From: Malacoraja senta
Taxonomy: Eukaryota
Reading direction: 5' to 3'
DNA length: 64,000 nt
NCBI GenBank assembly: GCA_038087875.1
Contig: JAXLNO010000499.1
Coordinates: forward strand, 62,001 to 126,000
Positions 51,191-64,000 of the stretch are shown here, piece by piece. Position 1 is the stretch's first letter; every line of letters begins with the position of its first letter. A program made the translations under genes and the position numbers. Under the pieces are notes generated by a model, which had not been told where the DNA came from, did no database searches, and saw only the letters and a program-made list of their open reading frames with translations.

Positions 51191-52394
51191 GTTGAGACCC
51201 TTTTCAGACTGATTGTAGAGGGGAGAAGTAAGCTGGAAGAGAGGGGAGAGGCAGGACAAAGCGTGGCAGTTGATAGGTGGTTTAGGATTAGTTGAAGATG
51301 AGATCAGTCTGAAGAAGGGTTTCGGCCCGAAACGTTGCCTATTTCCTTCGCTCCATAGATGCTGCCTCGCCCGCTGAATTTCTCCAGCACTTTTGTCTAC
51401 CTTAGGATTAATTCAATTTAGTTTAGACCTGCAATATGGAAACGGGTTCTTCGGCCCACCAACTCCACGACTTCACACTAGTTTTTTTTTGTTTTTTTTA
51501 AAATTATTTTTCATTTTAAATAATTCAACACAAAAATGAAAAAAGACATGTTAATAAGAAACTCAAATAATACAAAAGAAAAATACAAAAATATACAGAA
51601 ACATAAAATAAATCGAAATATTTTTTTTAAAATTATAAATTCACACTAGTTCTATGTTATCCCCTTTCTCATCCACTCCCTACACACTAGGGCCAATTTG
51701 TAGAGGGCCAATTAACCTACAAAATCGTACATCTTTGGAGCACCTGGAGGAAACTGGGAGAACGTGCAAATGTTCAGCACCCAAGGTCAGGATCGAACTC
51801 GGGTCTCTGGCGCTGCGAGGCATCGGCTCTACTCGCTGTGTCACTCTGCCGCCCCTTAAATATCTTTTTAATGTTGTCATTGTATCTGCCTCAACTACCT
51901 TCTCTGGCAGCTCGTTGTCGGATGTATCACAGCCTGGTTCGGCAATTTGATAGCTCAGGAACAAAGGAGATTACAAAAAGTTGTAAGCATTGCCTGGTGC
52001 ATCACAGGTACTGACCTCCCCACCATCGAAGGGATCTGCAGGAGGTGCTGCCTCAAAAAGGCAGCCGGCATCGTCAAAGACTCACACCGCCCTGGCCACA
52101 CTTCCATTTCACTCCTGCCATCGGGAAGAATGAATAGGAGTCTGAAATCGTGGACAGTACAGTGACATGGAAACCAAGCCAGTATGCTCACCACCTGTAG
52201 AAGTTCAGCAGCGTGCTGAATCTCATCAGATGTCTGTGGAGTTAGAGGAATTGGTCAGCATTAATGTGTTGGTCCCAGGGCGTTTCATCAAAAGTCTTTA
52301 TACTCAGGAACTTGGAGCTGTTGTCTCTCTCCCAACCATCTGACCAATGAAGACAGGTGCAAGATTCCTCAGCTTTCCCATCCTGAAGTCATCA

Positions 52395-52650
52395 ATTCAA
52401 CCTCATCTACTGTATCCAGTGCTGCCGGTGTGGGCTCCTATATATTGGTGAGACCAAGCTTGGACTTGCTGATCGTTTCGCTAAACACCTTCGTTCAGTC
52501 TGCCTTGGCCTGCATGATCTCCTGGTTGCCTTCCCATTCCCATGTGGACCTTTCTCTCCTGGGCCTCCTCCACTGTCAGAACAAAATTGGAGGAACAGCA
52601 CCTCATATTTCGCTTAGGCAGCTTGCAACCCAGCGGTATGAACATTGAGT
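52395..52650 (+). mobile_element. Penelope GIY-YIG endonuclease remnant
   Basis: NLIYCIQCCRCGLLYIGETK..LADRFAKHLRSV read from the plus strand. Confidence 0.8.
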
Positions 52651-53087
52651 TTAAGAAGGAACTGCAGATGCTGGAAAATCGAAGGTAGACAAAAATGCTG
52701 GAGGAACTCAGTGGGTGAGGCAGCATCTATGGAGCGAAGGAAATAGGCAACGTTTCGGGTCGAAACCCTTCAGACATGATTTCTCTTTTTTCAAGTAGCT
52801 TCTGCATTCCTTCCCCCCCTCACTCCCCCCGCTACTCTCTCCTCCCGCCCCTATCCTAGTTGTTCTACTTGTCCCTCTACTCACGTCCTTGTACCCCTGT
52901 CATTAGCACATCTTTCCCAGCCAACAATAGGCCATTATGGACTCCACCCTTCCTGAGGTCATCTGTTTCCCTGATTTGTTGTAGCCTTCATCTATCCTTC
53001 AGTCTGACGAAGTGTTCCGACCCAAAACGGCACGTATTCCTTTTCTCCAGAAATGCTGCCTGACCCATTGAATTACTCCAGCATTTT

Positions 53088-53645
53088 ACATAGAAACATA
53101 GAAACATAGAAAGTAGGTGCGAGAGTAGACCACCAGGCCCATCGAGCCCGCACCGCCATTCGCTCATGGCTGAACACTAAACAGACACCCTTACCCACAA
53201 ACAGTAGACACAAGACACAGAACACAAGACACTACCCTCCCCTTTATACCGCTATCACCCCTCTCCACCCCAAGAACCGCGTGATCTCCTGGGGGAGGCA
53301 AAAAACCGGATAAAAACCCAGGTCCAATTCGGGAAAAAAAATCCGGGAAATTCCTCTCCGACCCCAATCCAGGCGATCGACACTTGTCCAGGAGATCACT
53401 CAGGTCTTACTATACTAACCATACCTAGGTCCATATCCCTGCCTTCTCCCCGTAGCCCCTTATCCCCTTGGCAGCTAAAAAAACATCTATTTTAGACTTA
53501 AATATATTTAATGTTTCTGCTTCCACTGCTCCCTGGGGCAGTGAATTCCATAAATTAACCACCCTCTGGGTGAAGAAGTTCTTCCTCATCTCAGTTTTAA
53601 AAGAGCCCCCCCTTATTCTACAACTATGTCCCCTAGTTCTAGTTT
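53088..53645 (-). mobile_element. CR1-clade 3' fragment with a different 3' UTR and an 8-bp tail repeat
   Basis: (ACATAGAA)n at 53088-53112; minus strand reads NFFTQRVVNLWNSLPQ. Confidence 0.75.
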
Positions 53646-53699
53646 TGTTTGTATATTTGGTTTAAACCAGCATCTGCAGTTCCTTAGCCCTCAATAATC

Positions 53700-54460
53700 A
53701 CAATCAATCACAATCACAATCCTCATACTTTATTAGCCAAGTATGTTTTGCAACATACGAGGAATTTCATTTGCCAAGTCAGTCATACAAATAAAAAGGA
53801 ACACACAAAACATATTTTAACATAAACATCCACCACAGTGACTCCTCCGCATTCCTCACTGTGATGGAAGGCGAAAAAAAGTTCCGATCTCTTCTTTGCT
53901 CTCCCAGTTTGGGGCCTCGAGCCCTCCATTGACGGGGCGATCTTGACTCCCGATGCTGGAGGGATTTGGGCCCTCCGCATCGGGGCGGTCAGCTCCTGTA
54001 TTGGGGGGTTGTCAGCTCCCCCGCACCGGGCGATCGAACCCCACGTCGGAGCTGGTCGAACCTCTACCTCGCTGGAGCTCTCTACTAGCCTCACCCGAGA
54101 CTGCGAGCTCCCGATGTAAAGTCTGCAGGCCGCGGTTGGAGCGATCCCAGTCAAGGGATCGACTCCGATGTAAAGTCCACGTCCAGCGATTGGGCTCAAG
54201 TCAGTCCGAGGAGGCCTCCAGCTCCATCGATGGTAGGCCGCAGAGCGACCGGAGATGCGATCTGGAAAATAATCGCATCTCCGGCAAGGTAAGAAACTGA
54301 AAAAAAGTTTCCCCCGACCCCCTCCCCATCCCCCTCCCCCCACATAAAACAAACCAGAGAACATTTACACAGAATTTTAACACACACTAAAAAAAATTTA
54401 AAAGACGAAAAAACACAGACTGTTGGCGGGGCTGCCAATCGTTCGGCGCCCCTGGTGGTT
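53700..54460 (-). mobile_element. Non-autonomous SINE-like retroelement (hairpin-head family)
   Basis: Colinear with 57230-58012; tail AATAAA followed by (GATTGT)n. Confidence 0.75.
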
Positions 54461-55000
54461 AATCAGCTCCTTAGTTTAAGTAACATTGAGAGTCATACAA
54501 CACGGACACAGGCCCTTTGGCCAATATTACCTAAGCTGCCCATGATGCCCCATATGTATTAATCCCACCTGCCTACATTTGGTTCATATCTTTCCCTATC
54601 CATGTACCTGTCTATAAATCTTTTAAATGTTGTTATTGAACCTGTCTCAGCTACCTCGGAAAATGTTCCTAGTGTGTAGGATAGTGCTAGGGTACGGGTT
54701 GATCAATGGTTGGTGTGGACTCGGTGGGCTGAAGGGCCTGTTTCCATGCTGTATTTCTAAAGTAAAGTAAACTAAAGTATCACCTTAATCCTATATCCTC
54801 TGGTTCTCAATGCCCCTACTCTGGGCAAATAACTCAGAGCATTCATCTTGTCTATTGTCCTCATGATCTTGCAAGCCTCTATAAGATCACCCCTCAGCAT
54901 CCTGCAGTCCAAGGAATAAAGTCCTAGCCAGCCCAACCTCATCCTATAGCTCAGGCCGTCAAGTTCTGGCAACGCCCTGGTAAATTCTTTCTGCACTCTT

Positions 55001-56041
55001 TAGCAATGTTACAAAATTTTGAGATTTTAAAAATAAAGTCTGCAATTTATCCCATCAGATAAAGCATAAAAAGAAGTTTAATTTGACACTTAATTCACTT
55101 TCATATCTTCAGTATTAAAAAGGTTATGGCCATTATCATACTCAGAAATTAGCATCTAGTTCCCTATTGCTTTTCCATTGACTTAACACAAAAGCTGTGA
55201 TCGAGGACAGTTAAAAGCCCATAACTTTCTTAAAAATCATGATAACTGAAAGAAATTTTCAGTTATTATAGATTGAAGCATTCTGAAACAAATATGAAAC
55301 AATCTTACTTCGAAGACATGAAAGTAAAGCATATAATTAGTTAGTTACCTAATTGTATCTAATTACAAAATTCAATTACTAGATCTAAACATCTATCAAT
55401 TTCTTAAGAATAGATTAACATTTTTAAATAGCCTAAGTGTCCAAATAACATTCACACAATAATTCACAATATAACATAATTTTTAAATCTAATTTTCATG
55501 AATTTACAGGCCAAATGGAAGGAATTGAATGTTTAATACCTGTAAATTAATGGGGATTTAATTCATCTTGCGAGTGAGGTTTTCTGGAACGCGATCTTTT
55601 GGAACGTTCATTTGCGGTGAATTTAACCCCTTATTGGTATGAAAAATACTGCCGTTAATTCGGGGAATAAAATCACCGTGTCGCATGTAAAAATGTGAAT
55701 TAAAGGCTTCTTAAGGAGAACGTTTATACATTAAAATAAAGCACTTTCGTTTACCTTTCCCTTGTGTGAAATCCGTCCCCGTTTTTGGCGTTGACGCTTC
55801 AGAAGATGATTTTAAAATGATTCCAACGCTGAACTTGTTGGGAGATTTTTAAAACAAACTACGCAAAACGGCACTCGGAACGCTTCTTCCAGAGAAGCTG
55901 GTACTCCAACAAAGTATAATTCAGGACAAGGGAGGAGAAACCCGCGCTTTAACCCCGCCCCCGCTTAAAGGCGCCAAAATCGCGCACACGGCCAGTGACA
56001 GAATTACAGCGCCGCTGAAGGCAAGTATTGTAACATACCTA
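55001..56041. mobile_element. Non-autonomous TIR DNA transposon, about 1040 bp, in a CR1 fragment
   Basis: TIRs TAGCAATGTTACAA / TTGTAACATACCTA; flanking duplication CACTCTT (7 bp); CR1 resumes after it. Confidence 0.78.
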
Positions 56042-57229
56042 CACTCTTCCCAGCTTTCTGACGTCCTTCCTATAGCAGGGTGACCACAACTGAATACGGT
56101 ACTATAAATGCGGCCTCGCCAGCGTCTTGTACAACTATAACATAACCTCCCAACTTCTGTACTCAAGATTGCAAGATTGTTGTTCTGGCACCACTCAACC
56201 AGATCTGCTTCATGTACTCTCATTCATCATTATCTGTTATTCTTCCAACAATGGTAGCATTGGCAGCAAATTTAAAGATGGTGGTGGAGTTTTGTCTGGC
56301 TACACAGTCACAGACTCTAGGCCAGTTTAGAAAGATGAGGGGGGATCTCATTGAAACCCACCAGATAATGAAAGGCCTAGATATAATGAATGTGGAGAGG
56401 ATGTTTCCAATAATGGGAGAGTCCGGGGCCAGAGGGCCCAGTCTCGGAATAAAAGGTCGTACCCTTTAGAATGGAAATGAGGAGGAATTTCTTTAACCAG
56501 AGGGTGGTGAATCTGGGCAATTCATGGCCACAGACTATGATGGAGGACAAGTCATTGAGTACTTTTTAAAGCGGAGATTGACAGGTTTGTGATTAGTATG
56601 GCTGTCAAAGCTTACGGAGAGATTGCAGGAGAACAGGGAAAAATAGATCAGCCATGATGGAATGGCGGAACGGACTCGATGGGCCGAATGGCCTAATTCT
56701 GCTCCTGTGGCTTATGGTCATGGTATAGAAAGAGTAGAGCAGGACCTTGAACATGCTGCCCTGAGGTTCCCTTGTGCTGATGGCCAGTGAGCGGGAGATG
56801 TTGTCACCAACTGTTCTGATTGAGGGCTGCCGGTTCAGAGAGCAACCTTAGTCCCCCGTTAAATTTTCCCTATAACATCTTCTCCACCCCTTCCCATTAA
56901 CTGTCTCGAGACTAACCCACACTGGGAGAAATTTACAGAGGACAATTAACCTGCAACCTGTCCTTCTTTGGATGTGGGAGGAAACCGGAGCACCCGGAGA
57001 AAACCCACGCAGTCCCAGGGAGAACGTCAAAACTCCATACAGAACCTTGTCCTCAACTCCTCACAAAGTCTGCCACTCACCAGGCGCCGGCATGAGTGTC
57101 TATGGCAGATCATAATCCTGTGAGTTGTTTAAGGTAGACACAAGGAACTGCAGGTGCTGGAATTTTGCGTAGAACACAAAGTGCTGGAGTAACTCAGCGG
57201 GTCAGGAGGTATCTCTGGAGAACATGGAT

Positions 57230-58012
57230 CATAATCATAATCATCATAATCATAATCAAATTTATTAGCCAAGTACGTTTTGCAACATACGAGGAATTTG
57301 ATTTGCCATACAGTCTTACCAATAAAAAGCAACAAGACACACAAAATGCATTTGAACATAAACATCCACCACAGTGACTCCTCCACCCACATTCCTCATT
57401 GTGATGGAAGGCAAAAAAAAAAAAGTTCAATCTCTTCCCTTCTTTGTTCACCTGCGGTTGGGGGCCTCGAGCCTTCCGTTGACAGGGTGATCTTGGCTCC
57501 CGTAGCCAGCGGTCGGGCCCTCCGCGTTGGAGCAATCATGCTCCTGCATCGGGGGGGGGGAGGATCTCAGCTCCCCCGGGCTTGGGCGATCTGACCCCGG
57601 GTCGGGGCTGGTCGAAACCTTCTGCGTCATATGGAGCTTCCTGACATCGGTCTCTACCAAAAACTGCGAGCTCCTCAATGGTGAAATCCGCAGGCCACGG
57701 TTGGAGCATCGATCTCAGGCAAGGAATCGGCTCCGATGGTAAGCTCACGTCCCGCGGTGGGGCTCAAATTCAGTCCCACGCAAGGCCTCCAGCTCCATGA
57801 TGTTAGGCCGCAGAGCGACCGGAGATACGATCAGGAAAACAATCGCATCTCCGGCAAGGTAAGAGATTGAAAATGTTTCCCCCTCCCCCACCCCCCACAT
57901 AAAACAAACCAGAGAACATTAACACAAACTTTTAAAACACACAAAAAAAAAGACGAAAAGACAGACAGACTGTTGGCGGTGGCTGCCATCGCTGACGGCG
58001 CCACCTGGTGGT
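57230..58012 (-). mobile_element. Non-autonomous SINE-like retroelement (hairpin-head family)
   Basis: (GATTAT)n tail; flanking duplication GAACATGGAT at 57220-57229 and 58020-58029. Confidence 0.78.
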
Positions 58013-59069
58013 TTATGGTGAACATGGATAGGTGACGTTTCACAGAATGCTGGAGTAACTCAGCGGGTCAGGCAGCATCTCTGGAGAACATGGATAGGTG
58101 ACATTTTGTGACCTGAAATGTCGCCTCTCTATGTCCTCCAGAGATTCTGCAAGACCGCTGCATTGCTGCAGCACCTTGTGTTCCAAGCTGTTAAGAGCCT
58201 AGTTTAATTAATAAAGTTTATTTTTTAAATGTTAGTAATCTTTCTGTAATATTTTTAAAAATGAAAATCTCTTTAAAACTTTTTCGAGCTGTCACAGGAA
58301 AGCACTAATTTAATGTCAGAAGAAAGCACTAATTTAATTAATAGCTTATTATTTAAACATAAGTAGCTTTTTAAATATTAATAATTAAATATCTATTTTT
58401 TTATTTTTTCAAGCAGCCATGTCATCTTACTGATGTACTTTCACAAAAACACTAATTTAATTTTATGGTCTTTTTAAATATTTAAAATGTGAAAATCTGG
58501 TTTTTAATACTTTAAAGATGCCAGTACACTATCGACACATACTGTCAATAAAAAAAGCAGTAGAATAATTAAATCTGCCATAAATGTTAGAAACTACTAT
58601 TAAAGATGTTACAGCAGGAGGCAGAAAAATAAATTAAAGTCAACATGGTTTTGTGGAAAATGTTTGACTAACTTACTGGAGCTCTTTGAAGAAGTAATGT
58701 GCGGTGGATAAATGAGATGAAGGGGATGTGCCATACTAATATATTTAATAACGCTTTTGATGAATAATAAAACATGTACAGGAAAAAACATTACTGGGCA
58801 GAAAACTGGCTGGCTAACAGGGAGAGTAGGCATAATGGTTATTCTCCACTGACAAGATGCAGCAAGTTTAGTTTGGAGGCAAACAGCTCAGCTGGTCCAC
58901 ACTCACCAGTTCACACTAGCTCTGTTATCTTACTTTTGCATCAGCTCCCGACACACTAGGGGCAACTTACAGAGGCTGATTAACCTACAAACCTGCACTT
59001 CTTTGCGATGTGGGGGGAAACCGGAGCACCCGGAGGAAATCCATACGGTCACAGAGAGACAGTAGACAG

Positions 59070-60345
59070 TTGGCTCTGGGAGAGCTCGGAATGGGAGGGG
59101 AAAGAGGGAGAAAGCAAGGACTACCTGAAATTGGAGAAGTCAATGTTCATACCGCTGGGGTGTAAAATACCCAAGCGAAATATGAGGTGCTGATCCTCCA
59201 ATTTACGGTGGGACTCACTCTGGCCATGGAGGAGGCCCAGGACAGAAAAGGTTGGATTCGGATTGGGAGGGGGAGTTGAAGTGCTGAGCCACCGGTTGGT
59301 TATTGCGAACCGAGTGGAGGTGTTGGGCGAAGCGTTCGCCAAGCCTACGCTTGGTCTCACCGATGTAGAGCAGCTGACACCTAGAGCAGCGGATGCAATA
59401 GATGAGGTTGGATGAGGTGCAGGTGAACCACTGCCTCACTTGGAAAGACTGCTTAGGTCATTGGATCCAAGGGGGGAGGTAAAGCGTAGCATTTCCTGCG
59501 GTTGCAAGGGAAAGTACCAGTGGAGGGGGTGGTTTGGGTGGGAAGGAACAAATTGACCAGGGAGTTACGGAGGGAGCGGTCTCTGCGGAAACCCAAAAGG
59601 GGAGGAGATGGGAAGATGTGACCAGTGGTGGGATCCCATTGGAGGTGGCGAAAATGTCGGAGGATTATCTGTTCCATGTGTCGGCTAGTAGGGTGGAAGG
59701 TGAGGACAAGGGGGACTCTGCCCTTGTTACGAGTGAGGGGATGGGGAGCGAGAGCAGAGTTACGGGGTATAGAAGAGACCCTGGTAAGAGCCTCATCTAT
59801 AGTTGAAGAGGGGAACCCTGTTCCCTAAAGAATGAGGACATCTCCAATGCCCGGGTTTGGAACACCTCATCCTGGGTGCAGATGCGGCATAGAATTGGGA
59901 GTAGGGGATAGAGTTCTTAGAGGAAGCAGGGTGGGAAGAAGTGTAGTCCAAATAGCCATGGGAGTCAGTGGGTTTATAGTAGATGTCGGTCAGTAGTCTG
60001 TTACCTGCGATGGAGATAGTGAGGTCTAGAAACGGAAGGGAGATGTCGGAAATGGACCAGGTGAATATGAGTGCCAGATGGAAGTTAGTGGTGAAATGGA
60101 TGAAGTCAGTGAGATCTGCATGGGTGCAGGAGGTAGCAGCAATGCAGTCGTCGATGCAGCAGAGGTAGAGTTCGGGGATAGGGCCACGGTACACCTCGAA
60201 CAAGGATTGTTTGACTACCCTACAAAGAGGCAGGTAAAGCTAGGGCCCATGCACATAGCTACGCTTTGGATTTGGAGGAAATGGGAGGAGTCAAACGAAA
60301 AGTTGTTGAGGGTAAGGACCAGCTCCGCTCGGCGGAGGAAGGAGA
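59070..60345 (-). mobile_element. Penelope-like element fragment (RT C-terminal half and GIY-YIG endonuclease), decayed
   Basis: IDDC (YIDD-like), LPFLDL, DIYYKPTDSHGYL.YTSSHP, SIPYSQF, FTCTSSNLIYCIRCSRCQLLYIGETKRRLGERFAQH, LGILHPSGMN. Confidence 0.93.
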
Positions 60346-60577
60346 TTTGTCATGATGACACAAGGAGGCGACAAAGTGTATGGAATGGTTAGGTGAGTCG
60401 CCCATTCCTTCTCTCCAGAGATGCTGCCTGTCCCAGGTACACAAAAATGCTGGAGAAACTCAGCGGGTGCAGCAGCATCTATGGAGCGAAGGAAATGGGC
60501 AACGTTTCGGGCCAAAACCCTTCTTTAGTTACACCAGCTTTTTGTGTCTGCCTTCGGTTTAAACCAGCATCTGCAGT

Positions 60578-62549
<1,972 letters not shown>

Positions 62550-62989
62550 TCGTATACATGAGAAAGTGGACTAACATAGAACTAGTATAAACAGGTGATC
62601 AGTGTTGGCATGAACTCGGTGGGCCGAAGGGCCTGTGTCTAGATTGTATTTTTCAGTTAATCAATTCAGTTACAGGGAAGCAAGAAGTTTATTATTGTCG
62701 CATGTACTGCGGTACAGTGAAAAGCTTTTTGATGTGTGTTATCCAGTCAGTGATCACACTATACATGATTATAATCGAGCCATCCACAGTGTACAGATTG
62801 TTAAAGAAGGAACTGCAGATGCAGGAAAATCGAAGGTACACAAAAATGCTGGAGAAACTTAGCGGGTGCAGCAGCATCTATGGAGCGAAGGAAATAGGCA
62901 ACGTTTCGGGCCGAAACCCCAGTGTACAGATACTGGATAAAGGGTTTTACGTTTAGTGCAAATTCAAGTTTAGTAAATTCTGATTAAGT

Positions 62990-63930
62990 ATAGTCCAAGG
63001 GTGTCCAATGTTGTAGATGGGAGGTCAGGACCGCTCTCTAGCTGTCGAGATGACGGTTCAGTTGCCTGATAACAGATAGGGAAGAAACTGTCCCGGAATC
63101 TAGAGGTGTGCGTTTTTAAACCTCTGTTCCTCTTGTCTAATGGAAGAAGAGAAAAGAGGGAGAGACCGGGGTGAGACTGGTCCTTGATTATGCTGGTGGC
63201 CTTGCTGAGGCAGCGTGAAGTGTAGATGGAGTCAATGGAAGGGAAGTTGGTTTGTGTGAAGGTCCGGGCTGCGTCCACAACTCTGCAATTTCTTGCGGTT
63301 TTGGATGGAGCTGTTCCTAACCATTCTGTGACGCTTCCGATAAAATACTTTCTAGGGCGCATCTGTAGAAGTTGGTATGGGTTGTTGACGACATGCTGAA
63401 CTTCCTAAACCTTCTAGGAAGTAGAGGTGTTGATGTGTTTTCTTAGCCATTGCTTCGAGGTGGCTGGTCCAGGAAAAATTACTGGTGATTTTTAATCCGT
63501 GCCGTTTTTGCTTCCTGAAGTCGATCACAATCTCCTTTGTCTCGCTGACATTGATGGAGAGGTTGTTGTCTTGGCACCAGTCTACACGGTTCTCAGTCTC
63601 CTTCCTGTACTGCGTCTCATCATTATTTGATGTCCGGCCCACTCCAGTGGTTCTGTCTGCGAATTTGTAAATTGCGTTGGTTTGGTATTTGGCCGCACAG
63701 TCATGAGTGTACAAGGAGTAAAGGAGGGTGGCTGAGAAGGCATCCATGCACGGCACCAGTGTTGAGGGGTTATCGTAGAGAATGATTTGTCACCTATTGT
63801 CACTGATTATGGTCAGGAAGTCGGGGATCCAGTTGGGGGGAATGCTGACTGCAGGTTCCATGAGTTTGGTGATGAGCCAGGAAGGGGAAATGGTATTGAA
63901 AGCAGAGCTGTAGTCTATGAAGGCGAGTGG
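62990..63930 (-). mobile_element. Rex1/Babar-type LINE RT and C-terminal fragment, decayed
   Basis: FIDYSSAFNTI, LLYSLYTHDC, KFAD.T..GR.SNNDE..YR, KT.E...DFRK, TSRFRDSFFP. Smaller relatives at 46320-46580 and 51920-52150. Confidence 0.85.
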
Positions 63931-64000
63931 GACTGGGGGATTGCTCTGGTTTGAGGTAGCACGGATGCAATGGGCTGCTTCATGATGCCCTGTTACAGAT

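Overview
Repeat-dense vertebrate genomic DNA. The repeat families (HE1/V-SINE, HER1/CR1, Penelope tails) suggest a cartilaginous fish, probably a skate or ray; this is an inference. One protein-coding gene is well supported: ZNF131 (BTB + C2H2 zinc fingers) on the minus strand. It has four coding exons with canonical GT-AG sites (35705-35579, 34725-34624, 32365-32221, 26217-25496) and a CpG-island promoter at about 42.2-42.9 kb. Its C-terminal exons are not recognisable in the window. The rest is layered transposons: CR1, Rex1, L1/Tx1 and Penelope retroelements, V-SINEs, two Tc1 elements, several hAT-type MITEs, two Helitrons, a 1.4-kb solo LTR, minisatellites, a 2-kb (GATA)n tract and a 200-N gap. 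The most notable observations are: (1) a 197-bp LTR joined to 34 nt of reverse-copied tRNA-Leu, with a mismatch exactly at the m1A58 position and no TSD, which looks like a captured plus-strand strong-stop cDNA; (2) many short Penelope-tail insertions carrying minimal hammerhead-ribozyme cores; (3) a non-tRNA SINE-like family with a covarying 5' hairpin; (4) a CR1>Helitron>Tc1/hAT nest.
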